NCBI RefSeq assembly: GCF_000497125.1
Contig: NC_090601.1
Location: forward strand, 992,001-1,056,000
Reading direction: 5' to 3'
DNA length: 64,000 nt
Origin: Spironucleus salmonicida
Lineage: Eukaryota
A program made the position numbers and the translations under genes. Every line of letters begins with the position of its first letter. The stretch's first letter is position 1. Of the stretch, positions 24,833-38,141 are shown piece by piece. The notes below the pieces were generated by a model. The model was not told the origin of the DNA and did not search any database. It saw only the letters and a program-made list of their open reading frames with translations.

Positions 24833-25228
24833 GATTTTTAATGCTTGCGAGTCACTCGGCAGGAGGCATGGGGAGCACCAGGTCCAACCCATTCATTCAT
24901 TCGCTCACTCGCTCCCTCACTCGGCACCGCTGAGGTCCGCCTGCAGCGCCTCCGGGCCGAAGGTCTGGCACAGCATCAGCTCCGCCAGCTCCACCAGATC
25001 CGAGGAGAGCGGCCGGGCGGTGTACAGCGGCTCGCTGGCGACCGTGGCGCTGATGAGCTCGCTGAGCTGGAGGCCGAGGCTGCAGGCGGGCTTCCGGGGA
25101 AGGTGCGTGGCCTGCGCTCCCATTTTAGAGCGGCGATGCTGTTATATGGGGGTCTGCGCAATACCCAAAAGCGCTTCCAAAATAGACCCAAGAAACCCCT
25201 CGGCCGGTTTCGGAAGGCAGCACCACTC

Positions 25229-25468
25229 TCACTCGAGCATCCTCGCCAGCAGCTGGATGTCCGCCAGCGCGATGTTGGCCAGCCCGCCGGCCGCCTTGAG
25301 CACGACGGGCTCGGCGCGGGCGAGCTTGTAGTACTTGTTCTTCAGCTGGGACACGGTGGCCCCCCGGAAGGCGTTGTCGCGGATCACCTCCCAGCGGCCG
25401 CAGTAGTCCGCGTAGGCCTGGCGCAGCTGCTCCTCCTGCTCGTGCGTCCACCTCGTGCGCGCCCTCAT
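25229..25468 (-). CDS. Mini-Myb protein, copy 2 (G to C variant, DYCGRW)
   Basis: As copy 1. Confidence 0.85.
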   Translation of the reverse strand: MRARTRWTHEQEEQLRQAYADYCGRWEVIRDNAFRGATVSQLKNKYYKLARAEPVVLKAAGGLANIALADIQLLARMLE

Positions 25469-26643
25469 TCTAAGGGAAAGGAGCAGCGTGGGCCGGGAAT
25501 GCACTTTGCCCTTCCGCTCGCCATGCGGACGGGTACTCCGCAGGCCGAAGAAACAACGGCGCGGATGGATGTTGTCCCGCCAGCAGGAAGCCGGTTTCGG
25601 AGATTATTCTGCGGACTGATGCTATCAGTTCTAGTTAGTACGGACATAATGCACAGAAAAATTCTACAGTGGGATTAGTTGGCCAATGTTTTGATAGTTA
25701 AGGATGTAATGACGTGAAGTCGCTTAATACTATATAGTTTGACCGAATATGTAAAGTTTGTCAAGGCCCCTGCTACACTATATACCCCTTAAAGATTACT
25801 AGCAAACTAGAATAGCGAAATAAGTAAGGTATCGTTACCAGGTAATCTGAAATCTAGTGAACTCTACGACTGCTGATAATCTGAATACGGCGTGTATTTT
25901 TTAGAAGTATGGACTGAATCATGATAGCGATCCCAAATGACCATTATACTATTTGCCGTACCACACGCACAATATACACAATCCCGTAGCAAACGATCAC
26001 CTACCTTTCGTGCGATAGTCATAATGGAGTTTGGTTCGATTCCATTTTGGAATGGGATAGACGTTGCACTATCTGGACCCACAGTTTATAAATAACCCAG
26101 CACTTAGCATCCCAGTACGTATATGGGAACGAGACACGCTTTCTCTTATACGGCTGAATGGACATGTTTCTACCCTGCATATATATCTTGTGTAAACCAT
26201 ATTATTTATGTGAAAAAAGTTTGCTGCTCTGCAATCAATACAAAGAAAAATGGTTTCACCTCATATACTCATTAACGCATAATGAAAATGTATTTAAAAC
26301 TAAGAAGTAAGGCATCACAGCTTTAAATGAGTGATAGATCTTCCTATAGATTAACTTAATTTTATTGTATTAACGGGTTATTTAAATTAATACTTTTATC
26401 AGAGTAAATTTCGTGAAATAATAATATCTTTTAATAACCAATGGCTCCCAATTTATCATATATAATGCTGATATACTATATTATATATGAGAATACTTTG
26501 TAGATAACACTGCACTATAATCTTTGGCGCACTTAAAAATATATATTAAATAAGAAAAATAGACTTGTATTCAAACAGAATTACAATACATTCATAGATA
26601 ATACATTATGAAAATTATGTAGTGAGAAATACTGTTTGTTCAT

Positions 26644-28776
26644 TCATCTCCAAATCCTCACAGTCCCATCACCTGCACAACTTACCAAATTATCGCCAAA
26701 CCATGCTAGATCTGTTACTCCCACTTAATTCTTCACACCATGGCCCCGCAGTACGCAACAACTTGCTATCTTATAATCAAACATCCTCAATATTAAGATG
26801 GTGCCGTCCGCTCCCCCAGCAGCTATCAGACCGCTGCTGTTAATATTTATACAGTTTACGGGAACACGGAAGAATGCGTTCTTATTCTCGCAAAAACCAT
26901 CAGTTCCGACTCCAAAGAATGATATTCCACCATTGGAATGACCAAATACCACATTCCCCCCACTGGCGCAGCTGCACTAGATTTAGCCACTTCGACAATC
27001 AAATTTTTATACTTTACCTTGTATTTTTAAATCATATCCAAATGCTGATTTTTATTCTGAAACTACTAATTTCTTACCTGAAAAAACACAGTTTTATACT
27101 TAATTAGCACGTGAGAAAGGAATTTAGGTTATACCTGACGACACTTTATGCACAGAAACATTTGAAGCACGTTCGGATATTCTTGATGTTGAAAGAAGAT
27201 AATTTCCATTAGTATTAAAATCAATTTAATTTATTATCTCCGGCCCGTGTATCCTTAATATAATTTCATCATTTAATGAAGAATATAAAGAAATTCTATC
27301 TGGCAAGTTATTTTTATCATTTTAGTACTTTATAGATACTAAACGTTGATCAAGCTATTTTAAAGCATCTCTATGCTTTTCTGAATCTTTAGATTCATTA
27401 TTCTTAACTTTATCCTTAAATTCTTCAAACTTTTGATCTTCAGAATCTGAGTTTTCTCGTTTTTCAGCAATTACACTTTCACCATTTTTATAAACAATTG
27501 TGCCCTATAAACACTCCCATGCCCATCCAGGTGCAGTTTTAACAGCATCTGCATTCACATTCAAAAATTTTCGCGTTCTCTACTTTGTTTCGGTCAAATT
27601 CTCACCAAAACTTATTCCTAAATCTATAAAAACTATTTAATTTGCACATGCACACGCTACTATAGATACATCAGTCCTTGGACAAAATTTTACACAATTT
27701 ATTTCATGGAAATAATATTTATTTAAATTTTCTGCTAATTTTTTATATTTTATTAATATTATTTGTTTTAGTAATTTGCCTGTCGCTATTTCATAAATTC
27801 TGCAAATACCATCTTTACCACCAGTAGCTAAGAACTTTTGATTTGGTGATGTGTCAACACTATTAACTTTACCTAAGTTTCCACGTAAAATCATATCTGT
27901 AAAAACGGGGAAAGGTCTTAAGTTCTATTACTAAATCTTATTCTAAAGTTTGAAAAATTAATCAGATTCAATCTGTTTCTTAATTTATCTTGGAGCGAGA
28001 TAAAGATCAAGTTATCTGTTAAATCTATCAAGCCACAGTTTTTCAGTATCTGGTACCAAAGTTCTAAGTGATTTTGAACGCCTTTAGGAAAATTCAGCTG
28101 GTGCATTATATGATTCTTAAGTAGTTGGTGGTGCTATTTTGGGTGGAGTAATATAATTAATTTAATCAGCTGTAAATTAAATTTCTTTTTCCCATACATT
28201 ATTGATTTTATTTAACTTTAGCTAATATTATTTCTGCTTCAATTTATAATTATTTGGGTCTTCTGGATCAAGTTTACCTTCTTAGATAAGCTTTCTAAAC
28301 ACCAATGCTCTTTTATATTCATGAATTTTCGTAAAGGCACCTTTTGAGCCTACCACATCTGTTTTCATAGCCATTGGGAATGTCTCATTAATATTTTTAA
28401 GATGAGGTTGATCACGAACATTAATGTTAGACAGAGGTTGGTTTTTCGTTATTAAATTGTTTAATGCTGTATATTCTTCATCGGATAGCTTTTTAATTTT
28501 TCCCGTTTTAGGATCTGTAATTTCTCTAAATAGTAATGACGGATCTTTCTATAAAGCTAAGAATTTTTCTAATTATTCGCCTGGCTCGGATATCTTAAGA
28601 GGAAGCTCTTTTCCAAATACTGTATAGCCTTAAACTTACTCATTAGGTTCTGCACGATTATAATCATCAGGATCAAAAGATGAATCGGATAAATCTTCTG
28701 AATAAGCAAATGATGATGGTGTAGATATTTCATCAAAAGAAGCTAATGATTCTGAGAAGGAAGATGCTTCACTCAT
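26644..28776 (-). CDS. BOP1: Ribosome biogenesis protein BOP1/Erb1 (WD40), 710 aa
   Basis: Single code-6 ORF with acidic N-terminus, LEKFL...DP...REITDPKTG...LSDEE, PPKIAPPTTQESYNAPAEF, SLRTLVP...DRFNRQLDLYLAPR, LRPFP, then WD40 repeats. Confidence 0.9.
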
Positions 28777-28926
28777 TGTGAAGTGAAAAATGAAGTGTAT
28801 CTATACTTATATCTATTATATATGAAATAATCAAAATGTTATAAAATATAACAAAATGAAAATTAGAATATTTTAATCAGCTTATATTGGTAATTGATTA
28901 CTGCAAAAATTAAGTGAAGTAATGAT

Positions 28927-29268
28927 TAAATCTAGTGCAGCTGCGCCAGTGGGGGGAATGTGGTATTTGGTCATTCCAATGGTGGAATATCATTCTTTGG
29001 AGTCGGAACTGATGGTTTTTGCGAGAATAAGAACGCATTCTTCCGTGTTCCCGTAAACTGTATAAATATTAACAGCAGCGGTCTGATAGCTGCTGGGGGA
29101 GCGGACGGCACCATCTTAATATTGAGGATGTTTGATTATAAGATAGCAAGTTGTTGCGTACTGCGGGGCCATGGTGTGAAGAATTAAGTGGGAGTAACAG
29201 ATCTAGCATGGTTTGGCGATAATTTGGTAAGTTGTGCAGGTGATGGGACTGTGAGGATTTGGAGATGA
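28927..29268 (+). pseudogene. 3' fragment of BOP1 created by the inverted duplication
   Basis: Mirror of 26644-26985 (last WD40 repeats), lacking the 5' ~1.8 kb. Confidence 0.85.
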
Positions 29269-30443
29269 ATGAACAAACAGTATTTCTCACTACATAATTT
29301 TCATAATGTATTATCTATGAATGTATTGTAATTCTGTTTGAATACAAGTCTATTTTTCTTATTTAATATATATTTTTAAGTGCGCCAAAGATTATAGTGC
29401 AGTGTTATCTACAAAGTATTCTCATATATAATATAGTATATCAGCATTATATATGATAAATTGGGAGCCATTGGTTATTAAAAGATATTATTATTTCACG
29501 AAATTTACTCTGATAAAAGTATTAATTTAAATAACCCGTTAATACAATAAAATTAAGTTAATCTATAGGAAGATCTATCACTCATTTAAAGCTGTGATGC
29601 CTTACTTCTTAGTTTTAAATACATTTTCATTATGCGTTAATGAGTATATGAGGTGAAACCATTTTTCTTTGTATTGATTGCAGAGCAGCAAACTTTTTTC
29701 ACATAAATAATATGGTTTACACAAGATATATATGCAGGGTAGAAACATGTCCATTCAGCCGTATAAGAGAAAGCGTGTCTCGTTCCCATATACGTACTGG
29801 GATGCTAAGTGCTGGGTTATTTATAAACTGTGGGTCCAGATAGTGCAACGTCTATCCCATTCCAAAATGGAATCGAACCAAACTCCATTATGACTATCGC
29901 ACGAAAGGTAGGTGATCGTTTGCTACGGGATTGTGTATATTGTGCGTGTGGTACGGCAAATAGTATAATGGTCATTTGGGATCGCTATCATGATTCAGTC
30001 CATACTTCTAAAAAATACACGCCGTATTCAGATTATCAGCAGTCGTAGAGTTCACTAGATTTCAGATTACCTGGTAACGATACCTTACTTATTTCGCTAT
30101 TCTAGTTTGCTAGTAATCTTTAAGGGGTATATAGTGTAGCAGGGGCCTTGACAAACTTTACATATTCGGTCAAACTATATAGTATTAAGCGACTTCACGT
30201 CATTACATCCTTAACTATCAAAACATTGGCCAACTAATCCCACTGTAGAATTTTTCTGTGCATTATGTCCGTACTAACTAGAACTGATAGCATCAGTCCG
30301 CAGAATAATCTCCGAAACCGGCTTCCTGCTGGCGGGACAACATCCATCCGCGCCGTTGTTTCTTCGGCCTGCGGAGTACCCGTCCGCATGGCGAGCGGAA
30401 GGGCAAAGTGCATTCCCGGCCCACGCTGCTCCTTTCCCTTAGA

Positions 30444-30683
30444 ATGAGGGCGCGCACGAGGTGGACGCACGAGCAGGAGGAGCAGCTGCGCCAGGCCTAC
30501 GCGGACTACTGCGGCCGCTGGGAGGTGATCCGCGACAACGCCTTCCGGGGGGCCACCGTGTCCCAGCTGAAGAACAAGTACTACAAGCTCGCCCGCGCCG
30601 AGCCCGTCGTGCTCAAGGCGGCCGGCGGGCTGGCCAACATCGCGCTGGCGGACATCCAGCTGCTGGCGAGGATGCTCGAGTGA
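30444..30683 (+). CDS. Mini-Myb protein, copy 3 (DYCGRW)
   Basis: Mirror of copy 2. Confidence 0.85.
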   Translation: MRARTRWTHEQEEQLRQAYADYCGRWEVIRDNAFRGATVSQLKNKYYKLARAEPVVLKAAGGLANIALADIQLLARMLE

Positions 30684-31079
30684 GAGTGGTGCTGCCTTCC
30701 GAAACCGGCCGAGGGGTTTCTTGGGTCTATTTTGGAAGCGCTTTTGGGTATTGCGCAGACCCCCATATAACAGCATCGCCGCTCTAAAATGGGAGCGCAG
30801 GCCACGCACCTTCCCCGGAAGCCCGCCTGCAGCCTCGGCCTCCAGCTCAGCGAGCTCATCAGCGCCACGGTCGCCAGCGAGCCGCTGTACACCGCCCGGC
30901 CGCTCTCCTCGGATCTGGTGGAGCTGGCGGAGCTGATGCTGTGCCAGACCTTCGGCCCGGAGGCGCTGCAGGCGGACCTCAGCGGTGCCGAGTGAGGGAG
31001 CGAGTGAGCGAATGAATGAATGGGTTGGACCTGGTGCTCCCCATGCCTCCTGCCGAGTGACTCGCAAGCATTAAAAATC

Positions 31080-31151
31080 CTCCTACTCCGGGAATCGAAC
31101 CCGGATCACTTGGGTGAGAACCAAGTATGCTAACCGTTATACCAAGTAGGA
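31080..31151 (-). tRNA. tRNA-Glu(CTC), copy 3
   Basis: Mirror of 24761-24832. Confidence 0.95.
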
Positions 31152-33731
31152 CTGCTAGCTATCCCATGGTACGGCGCGCAGCTATCACCCATGGCCTGAA
31201 CCCGTCTGCGACAATTCGGAGTATTTGCCAAATGCTTACATTTCCGTAAAATATGCTTATTGTATCTAAACTTAAAGATTTCCTAAATCTTAGATAATAT
31301 GTTGTGGGAAAGTATCTCGCAGCTGAAAAGAACGATCGCTCTAATACAGGTCCAAATGCTCTCCATACTGGGCGTGCATGGGTTCTGCTAAGTGTTATTT
31401 AGCAAACGAGAACGCCAGTTTTTACTCAACGCATTTCCCTCAGCGTCCTGCCCCAAGTGCTCGGAGAGTTTGTTACCTTGCGTTTCATGGAGATGGCGAC
31501 TACATCCTATTGGCCGTACGCCGGAGTCATAACAATTCATTTTTCGGCCAGACTGAGAGTTCTAAATACCTACCAAATCGGCAATAAAATGTGCCAACGG
31601 AGAAATTATAAGTTTGCCCCGATATTCTAATTCGTGGAACTTAGAACGGAACTGGGTGCAAACGCATGATTACACAGGAGCTTGCTTTTATCATTGATAG
31701 CCACTCTGCGGTGCTGGCTGCATGGCCATTTTAAGCGGAATCGCATCTGCGAGTCTAATTTAATATAGCTGGATCATAAGTATTAGGCCAGAAACTATCC
31801 CAACCTGCGCTCTTGGTGCTATTTCTCGATACCATAGAGCATTAAGTCCGCGGATGGAAACTATCCCAATTTGCATTCTTTCGTATCTGCTGTTCCAGCC
31901 GGGTCAGCAGCACGCGCATTCGCGCCAATAGCTAAGCAAACCCTGGCAGTCGAAAAGCGATCCAAACTGGGCTTACTACGTTCATGCGCGCTTGCGAGCC
32001 TGGGCCTGTTGCGCCCAATTTGCTCTAGAAGAAAGGGGATCCTTTACGAGCTTGTTCTGGGGCACTTTTGGAACTTCAGGCTACTTTACCGCACTTACAT
32101 TGTGTTGCGCATCTTAAATCAGTTTGCTGCCGTTTGTTCGTAGGCCCAGGCTAAAGATCCTCGTGCTGCCAGACTATGTACGCTATTTATGGCGCACGTA
32201 AGATGACTACGAAATACGCTTATAATGGTATTATAGCGTAGGCTGAAAATGGTCCGCATCCTTCAGCCTGAACGGTATTTTGAATTCGTTCAAAAATAGG
32301 GCGTGTTCGGAGAGGAAACAGTCTGCGGCTTGGTGCCATTTACAGCGGTATTTTAGGTGGTGTAGGGCGCCGTGCAATTTGGCGTGCGCGCTGGAGTAAA
32401 TGCATAGTTGGACCACCGCAGGTCTGCGTAGATTTACAGACTCCAGCGATTTCCAGTAGTTACAATTCGAGGGAATCGCCAAAAACAAATTGTGGACAGC
32501 GGGCAAGCCTACTCGACGGGCGAGGTAGGTTGGTGCTCAAAAGACGTCCATTTACCTATACAATGCATTATTATATACTAGAAATTAACTAATCAGCACC
32601 CTTGCCGCATAGCTCCGTCCTGCGTTATGGAGTCATGCGCTGTAATTGCGAGCACCGTTTCGCAATTTCCAGCATGGTTATCGCATGCGTCGTGCTTAGT
32701 AACTTCGCGGCTTCCTTCCTCGAACTGCTACTCGGACATGCTCTGGGACTGGCACAAGGATGGCGGCAATCCGGCCTGGCGGCCTTCCCAGATCAAGAGA
32801 GGCAGGCCCGATCTGCTAATTAGCAGCAAGTCCCAGCTCCCAGCTGGTACTGCTGAAGGCCCGGTGCTGCTTAAAGTCCGCGCCTTTATTGCGCGTTTGA
32901 GCTCTCGATTTGCGGGTTCCAAAAACTGGCCTAGCCTTGAACCCCGCGCCAAGCCTCAAAACGCAGTAAAGTCATCGGCACTGTCGGGCGCGTAGCTCTT
33001 GCTGGCTCCGGCTGCTGTGTTTTCGCGTATGCGGCACAGAAACTCGCGATTCTAACCTCTACTGCCTATGCATGCGGCCTATTTCCTACAGAAGGCCCGG
33101 AGGACCTCGCGTTGGGCACATCATATACTACGCGCATATGTAGGTATATAATAAATTACCCGAACCGCGAACTACAAATGCTCGTTTCCAATCCACACCT
33201 CGGGTACGCACTCCCAGAGCGTAGCTTCAGGAGGCTCGTGCGCCATAAGGCACCTGACTGGGTTGCGCATACAGCGCAGCTACGAATAAAATGATTGGCA
33301 GTGAATATTCAGTTACAAGTGTGTTGGCCGAATGCAACTCGCGACTCGCTAATGTTAGTTTTAATGTGTTTGCACAAGATATCCTAAAATTAAAAATCAG
33401 TTTTTAAAGTAAATCCCTCACGTAATATATTATATAGGAAATTTTAGCTCCCGCGATAGAACTCTACACTAGCCCAATAACTACTGGTAACTCATTCCGC
33501 TGAAATCAAGCCACGGTTTTAAGCTCAGTTTTTGACGAATTATTCTGCAGGTATTATACTTTGGTACCAACTTACGAGGGGAAGTCCGCAGAATAATCTC
33601 CGAAACCGGCTTCCTGCTGGCGGGACAACATCCATCCGCGCCGTTGTTTCTTCGGCCTGCGGAGTACCCGTCCGCATGGCGAGCGGAAGGGCAAAGTGCA
33701 TTCCCGTCCCGCGCTGCTCCTTTCCCTTAGA

Positions 33732-33971
33732 ATGACGGCGCGCACGAGGTGGACGCACGAGCAGGAGGAGCAGCTGCGCCAGGCCTACGCGGACTACGGC
33801 GGCCGCTGGGAGGTGATCCGCGACAACGCCTTCCGGGGGGCCACCGTGTCCCAGCTGAAGAACAAGTACTACAAGCTCGCCCGCGCCGAGCCCGTCGTGC
33901 TCAAGGCGGCCGGCGGGCTGGCCAACATCGCGCTGGCGGACATCCAGCTGCTGGCGAGGCTGCTCGAGTGA
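33732..33971 (+). CDS. Mini-Myb protein, copy 4 (MTARTRW..., two substitutions vs copy 1)
   Basis: Mirror of copy 1. Confidence 0.85.
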   Translation: MTARTRWTHEQEEQLRQAYADYGGRWEVIRDNAFRGATVSQLKNKYYKLARAEPVVLKAAGGLANIALADIQLLARLLE

Positions 33972-34368
33972 GAGTGGTGCTGCGTTCCGAAACCGGCCGA
34001 GGGGTTTCTTGGGTCTATTTTTGGAAGCGCTTTTGGGTATTGCGCAGACCCCCATATAACAGCATCGCCGCTCTAAAATGGGAGCGCAGGCCACGCACCT
34101 TCCCCCGAAGCCCGCCTGCAGCCTCGGCCTCCAGCTCAGCGAGCTCATCAGCGCCACGGTCGCCAGCGAGCCGCTGTACACCGCCCGGCCGCTCTCCTCG
34201 GATCTGGTGGAGCTGGCGGAGCTGATGCTGTGCCAGACCTTCGGCCCGGAGGCGCTGCAGGCGGACCTCAGCGGTGCCGAGTGAGGGAGCGAGTGAGCGA
34301 ATGAATGAATGGGTTGGACCTGGTGCTCCCCATGCCTCCTACCGAGTGACTCGCAAGCATTAAAAATC

Positions 34369-34440
34369 CTCCTACTCCGGGAATCGAACCCGGATCACTT
34401 GGGTGAGAACCAAGTATGCTAACCGTTATACCAAGTAGGA
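34369..34440 (-). tRNA. tRNA-Glu(CTC), copy 4
   Basis: Mirror of 21474-21545. Confidence 0.95.
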
Positions 34441-34527
34441 CTGCTAGCTATCCCGTGGTACGGCCTGCCGCTGCATCGCCCGTCCCTCCGCCTCACCAGG
34501 CACGCAAACCCCAAACGTCACTTCGCC

Positions 34528-35256
34528 TCAGATGCTGCACCCGTACACCCGGTTGTACTTCTCCGCCCGGTTGCGCCACTTGGCCGCGGTGTCGCCCCCG
34601 ACACCAAACGGGCCCGCCGCTGCCACCCGCGCCAGCGCGCACGGCGTCGCATCGCTGGCCTCCTGTGCCCATTGCTGCTTCGGCGCACCCTGGGCCTCCT
34701 GCTGCGCCTGGACCACCGGCTGTTGGGGCGCACTGACGCAGAACCCCTCTACCGTGATGACAATTCTCTCGAACTCGGTCCGGACCTCGATCTCGCCAAT
34801 GTGCGGAACGGGCGACAGCGCCTGCACCTGCAGGTCGCAGCCCGCCTTCTTGATGATCGCCGTGATGCGGAAGTGCTCCCTGCCCACCACTAGCCGGATC
34901 CGTAGGTCCTTCGAGTGCTTCTTCCCCGGGAGCATCAGCACCGGCAGGAGGAACGCGTCCTGGAAAATGAAGTGCTGCTGGAAGATCTGGAGCCCGCCGG
35001 CTGTCTGGGAGCCGGAGACCGACGACTACAGCGAGAGCGCGAGGGGCGTGGTCTGGCCATTGAAGGAAGCCTGGGACCGCTGGAACGAGTTCGCCAGCTG
35101 GTAGGCCGCCACCGGCGACTGGCTCAGGTTCTGCTGGATCAGCTTCGCAGAGAACCCCCGGTACTCTGGATAGAGCTGTTTGAGCGATGCTATGGTGTCC
35201 TGTGCGCTGGCCTCCGGAAGCTTTGCGTACCGCTCGGCTAGCAGGCGCTTGTTCAT
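34528..35256 (-). CDS. Hypothetical protein, 242 aa, right-arm copy
   Basis: Mirror of 20658-21386. Confidence 0.8.
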
Positions 35257-35393
35257 CTTTGGAAGTTGAGAAATAATAGTATTATATTATTAATAAGGAA
35301 TTGTAAAGATTGTAAGAATGTGTTCGAACTACGCTAAATTATGCGCAAATTTCTATGCATTCAGTATATTTTTATAAATAAAATAGTAATTCA

Positions 35394-36539
35394 TCAGTTG
35401 AATTTTGTTTAAATATCATCGGGTACTCTGCGACTATTTTTCTTCTTCATAAAGTACACCACGCCACCAATAACACCAATAACGACTACCACCGCGATAA
35501 CAATACCTACAATACCGCCTGTCCCAATCTTATTATTCGCAACGCACGCCTCGCCATTTCCAACCAGTTCAGTGTCGCAAGCCGCGCAGAGCGCTGGGAC
35601 GCCCATATTGCAGGACGAGCACCCAACGATGCCCATACACGCCGTAAAGGCCACACATTGCGACTTGTCCGGAGACAGTATGTAACCAGCCCTGCAGACG
35701 TCGCACAGGCGCTGGTCGTGATACCAGCAGGTCTCGCAGTTGGAGATCGCCCCCAAGCATATTGCCTCTTTGACGCATATCCTAGTGTCCCTGGCGCACT
35801 GCATTCCGTCCGGGCAGGCCTTTCCGGACCCCAGAACGCACTCGCAGGTCTTGCCGTCGAGCGCCATTTTGAGGTTTATCTGGCAGTTCTCGCAGACGTT
35901 GCTACTGTCGCATTTGGCGCAGTAAATATTATCACCGCACTTAGCCGCTACTTCGCACTGCCCATCTGCGTTCACCGTCATTCCGTTGTTGCAAAACTGG
36001 CACTTCTCGGGGTCCGTCTTGTTGCAGCGGAGGCAGTTCTGGACGTGCAGGCAGGCGGCCACGTTCACGCAGGCGCGCGTCGGGGAGCAGATCTCGTCCG
36101 ACTGGCAGCCCTTGCCAGAATTGACCGTGCACTCGCAGAGGTTGGTGGTGGAGTTAATCTGCATGTGTGCTGAGCAGGCCTCGCATTTGGTCGGGTCCGC
36201 GGTGGTGCACTTGTTGCAGTACGGAATGACGCCGCACGCGATTTTGATGCACTGCTTGGAGGTCGAGTCGAGGCCGTAGCCCGCCGCGCAGCTCGAGCAG
36301 TCGACCGAGTTCGTCTTACTGCACTTCGTGCAAAACGGATTCTGGCGGCACGCGCTTATGTTCGCGCAGGTGGAGGTCGCGGTGATGCACATTTCCTTAG
36401 TCTTGCAGGAGGCGTTTGTACCGCAGAGGCACTGGGTTTTGTCAGCGGTGAGCGTGTGGTTGGCACCGCAGGTCGCGCATAGAGCTGGGGTGGTAGAATC
36501 GCAGGATGTGCAGTTGGGGATAACCTTGCAGTCCGTCAT
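35394..36539 (-). CDS. Cysteine-rich membrane protein, 381 aa, paralog with a different cytoplasmic tail (KKKNSRRVPDDIQTKFN)
   Basis: Near-identical to 19378-20526 through the TM segment; reads through TAA to TGA at 35394-35396. Confidence 0.92.
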
Positions 36540-36960
36540 TTTGAATAGCTATTGCGGCATATATTGGCAATATTGATGTTTGGAATAAGCTTTAAGAATT
36601 ATACAATTGTATAATTTCAAATATTTCGATGTTAGAAAAGTGTAAGAATTATAAAATTTGGTTAAGGCTTAAAATAGTACAGTTTATTGCAAATAAATGG
36701 TTTTGATATTATTAGTTTTCTTTCCAAAAACACTTATGATTTAGATACTTATGATAAATCTAAATCAGTATGAGAGGTTAATTATAATATTGACATAAGT
36801 AAGTATAATAAAGAAAATATAAGATAAAAATTTAGAGTATAAATATAATAATATTATTAATTTTAAAAGTATTATTAAATTTGTTATATAAAAAATATTC
36901 AATGAGATGTATTTAGGGCAGAATATGAAGTTAATTATTATAAAAATACAATTTCTTGAG

Positions 36961-37890
36961 TCACTTAACATCAGTGTTAGCATCAAAATATCGGTTTATA
37001 CACTTTTGATCTTCTTCATATATCTAAATTTCACTTTAAACCTAACCAATAAGCACCATTCCCATACCAGAAATAACATACTCAGTTCCTGGTTTTACAT
37101 AGAAGCTATCACCTTTGCAGCGTTATGTTCCATCGATCATAGTGTTTTCTAAAACGAGAAGAACTTAAAACTTTTGTGCAAGAATTTTAATCGATCCTGC
37201 TAAAGAGACCTCATAAACACTGAAAAATTCACAAGAACTGAGCTGCTTTATAGCTGACTACTCACATTTTTCAACCTTCAAATTTTAGCTTAGTGGATCT
37301 TATTTATCAAATTTTAGCACTTTTAAAGCTGAAGTAACGTGCAGCTCTCGTGATTTTCCAAAGCTGTCCTTTCTGTTATAGTCATAAAGACGATATGTCG
37401 AGTTGCTATTTTACTACACTTCAGCTATCAAAATACCGGCACCAATTCCGTGGACAGTACCAGCTGGAACGAAGATGGCATCTCCCTTCTTGACTGGCTC
37501 ATAGTTGATATACTGCTCCAAATTTTCACTGTTTATTGCCTCTTCAACTAACTCTGCTGTCATAGTTTGGTTCCAGCCGTAAGCGATTTTAGCGTCTTTG
37601 ACAGCATCCAAAACGTACCACATTTCAGTTTTTCCGTTTATTTTGTCTGCAGGATGGACCTGAATTGACAGATTATCTTTAGCATCGATAAATTTGACTA
37701 AAAGTGGGAAATCCTCGCCTACGATTTCTGAGAATTTTTTATTGTCTTCAGTCCAGGACGGTCCGTCAGCTCTGCTAGATACAACCCATGCTTCAGCAAC
37801 CTTATCAAATGCGGTTTGGTAGTTGAATTCTTATTTGAGGCGGATTCCGCCCCAGAGGTAATTGGTAAGATGTGGTGTTAATTTTAACAT
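36961..37890 (-). CDS. manA: Mannose-6-phosphate isomerase, class I, bacterial (ManA/GmuF-like) type, 309 aa
   Basis: YLWGG, AEAWVVS, FPLLVKFIDAKDNLSIQVHP, GKTEMWYV, VPAGTVHGIG, EVQQNSNSTYRLYDYNR (QQ encoded TAG TAA), RELHV. Confidence 0.93.
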
Positions 37891-38141
37891 TTTAGGATGA
37901 TACTAGATATTTTAAATAATATATAATATTTTTATGCAACGAATAATTTGTTTAATAAACAATATTCATATATTAGGTTTAGCTAACTGTTTAATTTTAT
38001 CCAGTAACTGAGAATAACTAATGGTAGAAAAAACTACGTAATAGGTATAAAAAATTAAATTATGTTTTATAAAATATGATTATTACTTACTTTAAGTTCG
38101 GAATATAATTTTTTAAGTAAAATCAGATTTGTCCATTCCTT

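Larger units (their letters stand above)
19375..36542. repeat. Palindrome 2: inverted arms ~19375-26985 and 28927-36542 (~7.6 kb), 1941-bp unique spacer
   Basis: Mirror ORFs with coordinate sums 55912-55917; inner junction checked (ctagattta / taaatctag); one non-homologous patch ~20480-20645 vs ~35270-35440. Confidence 0.96.

Noticed and set aside
25620-26340. Possible gene in the inner palindrome arm (mirror ~29570-30290)
   Set aside because: No convincing ATG-to-TGA frame or recognisable motif on either strand.
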